DNA of 64,000 nucleotides from Spongospora subterranea f. sp. subterranea (Eukaryota): NCBI GenBank assembly GCA_049724395.1, contig JAUGWO010000092.1, positions 1 to 64,000 of the forward strand, read 5' to 3'. Shown piece by piece: positions 62,609 to 64,000 of this stretch (position 1 is its first letter; each line of letters starts with the position of its first letter). The notes under the pieces were generated by a model. It saw only the letters and a program-made list of their open reading frames with translations, ran no database searches and was not told where the DNA came from. The position numbers and the translations under genes were made by a program.

Positions 62609-62641
<33 letters not shown>

Positions 62642-62882
62642 AGCTGTTGGCTGGCGCCATTTTATTACCGGGTCGACGGTTCGGGCATGGGGATCCCCAT
62701 TCAATATATTATATCCTCTTCCAACTGCAAGAAAGGGACCCAACAGTTAGAATCCACAAAAGCGGCGGAATTGGCATTGTTGCCCGAGTACCGAATCCAA
62801 TGTTCGCCAACGTTTGCGGATCCGACGCAGCGTAAAGCGTGGAGGCAATGCTGACGACGGTCAAGACGTAGCCCAAAATCAT
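60999..62882 (-). CDS. Secreted MACPF/perforin-like protein, spliced
   Basis: Signal peptide MILGYVLTVVSIASTLYA; GRGYNILNGDPH...DP; FSASSG; KCEAY; LFRQFGTHV; AIGG; W...LPIRYTLTPISEI...ALHSFC; Cys-rich C-terminal domain. Confidence 0.85.
62610..62639. repeat. (AC)15 microsatellite in a MACPF intron
   Basis: Direct reading of the sequence. Confidence 0.97.
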
Positions 62883-62899
62883 GTCGAAATGCTGTCAGG

Positions 62900-63800
62900 A
62901 TGATTGCACACGATATAGTGAAATGGGAGGATGTCCCAAACTCCCACCTTCATCTGGAGCGTGACCAAAAACCGAACGCCGAATCTCGATGGGCGTTCAA
63001 CACTGTGACCGGTGGATAGCGCCAGATACCCAACCAGTGTCTGCAACAAAAATATCTCGTTCGAGCAATGGCATTTCACGTGAAGGGGAAGTACAGCTCC
63101 CTAATTTCGCCCCCGACCTAAAAACATCGACTCCCCCCGTTGTCAGTGACCGAAATAGCTCGTGATTCGGTTTGTCAGTCCAGGGCATTGGCCGCAGCAG
63201 AAACCGTTGGGCAACGATCTTTGGCGACACATTCATGACATGAGGTGGGATAATCCTGTTCACGGGTGCACCGAGCTGTATCGCTCTCGTGTTTTACTTA
63301 GGGTTTATTGACTTTCATGGCCTAAACGAATGATTCAGATTCACCTGATCTAGATCCTGATAGCGAGGATCGTCCCGCCGTAGCTTTTGAAAACTTTCTT
63401 ACACTCGAGTCATTCCGGGGACAGCGCCTGGCCGCCAAGTCGTACTGTGCAATTGGAACCATATCACGAAGGTCGACTGGAGCAACGACGCTTTTCTACA
63501 ATATGATTGTCCCTTTTTTCATAGATGTCACAAACGGGATAATCAATATTCACGGTTGATCCCACCGACGCCAAGATCGTGATGGCCTTCGAAGCCCTGA
63601 CAATGGAACGCTCGTGTGATCATCGTCCAGTCTGTGGCGATGTGATCATTTGTCGACGCGCGTTTGCGGTTTCGCAAACACCACAATTGGCAGTATTTTC
63701 CTACATTGTTTCATTTTTCTAAAACACCCATTCTTTATATTCTTACGAGATTCCTCGACATAAAACCCAACCAATCGTACTGGCGATTTTCGTGAAACAG
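62900..63800 (-). mobile_element. hAT (Ac-like) transposase remnant
   Basis: HIATDWTMITRAFHCQGFEGHH (about 63580-63645) matches H.ID.DW.L...L....G.HT; GYLALSTGHSVERP resembles the hAT dimerisation motif YL..PA.S..VER.FS. Confidence 0.55.
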
Positions 63801-64000
63801 CATCGGTCCTCGATGATGGGCCCAAATGTCTCAACCTGCCGCGACGGCTGAACCGAAGACAGCGGTCAAATGCACTCTGGTGTGACGGTCTACGCTCTCG
63901 CTATCGGCCACCCGCTCCCGCCATTGTTTGATATTTCGCCAATCGACGCCATATCTATTTCGAAGCAGATCAACAAAAGTAAAAAAACGACAACGACCAC

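Noticed and set aside
59997..62882. EVE plus MACPF (and Macro plus kinase at 91-5050) as a prokaryote-style defence operon
   Set aside because: These are spliced, separately oriented eukaryotic genes. THYN1 and MacroD are widespread housekeeping families, and adjacency alone is not evidence.

Overview
This is eukaryotic DNA from a compact, gene-dense protist genome with many short (about 45-60 nt) GT-AG introns. Flagellar genes (IFT74, CFAP299), a secreted chitin-deacetylase-like gene, a Crinkler-like kinase and a perforin-like gene suggest a zoosporic parasite, most plausibly a plasmodiophorid/Phytomyxea; that assignment is inference only. About 21 protein genes are recognisable: kinase, MacroD, PDI, MsrB, TFIIIC90, CE4 deacetylase, VPS13, ASF1, membrin, FAB1/PIKfyve, listerin, ethanolamine kinase, an LRR protein, a DH-PH protein, RRP8, IFT74, SEC11, CFAP299, THYN1/EVE, MACPF and a few hypotheticals. 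They are separated by small islands of decayed Copia, Gypsy, Tc1-like and hAT transposons. The non-obvious structures are: a near-perfect 143-bp fold-back made of Copia gag sequence, a ~400-bp imperfect palindrome, a GGTTGA-rich 43-bp array just upstream of SEC11, recurrent TACAGTA/TACTGTA heptamers matching Tc1/mariner excision footprints, and a VPS13 carrying several C2 domains. Gene spans include introns and were spliced by eye, so ends are approximate. No tRNA, rRNA or CRISPR array could be supported, and I found no demonstrably new multi-gene system.
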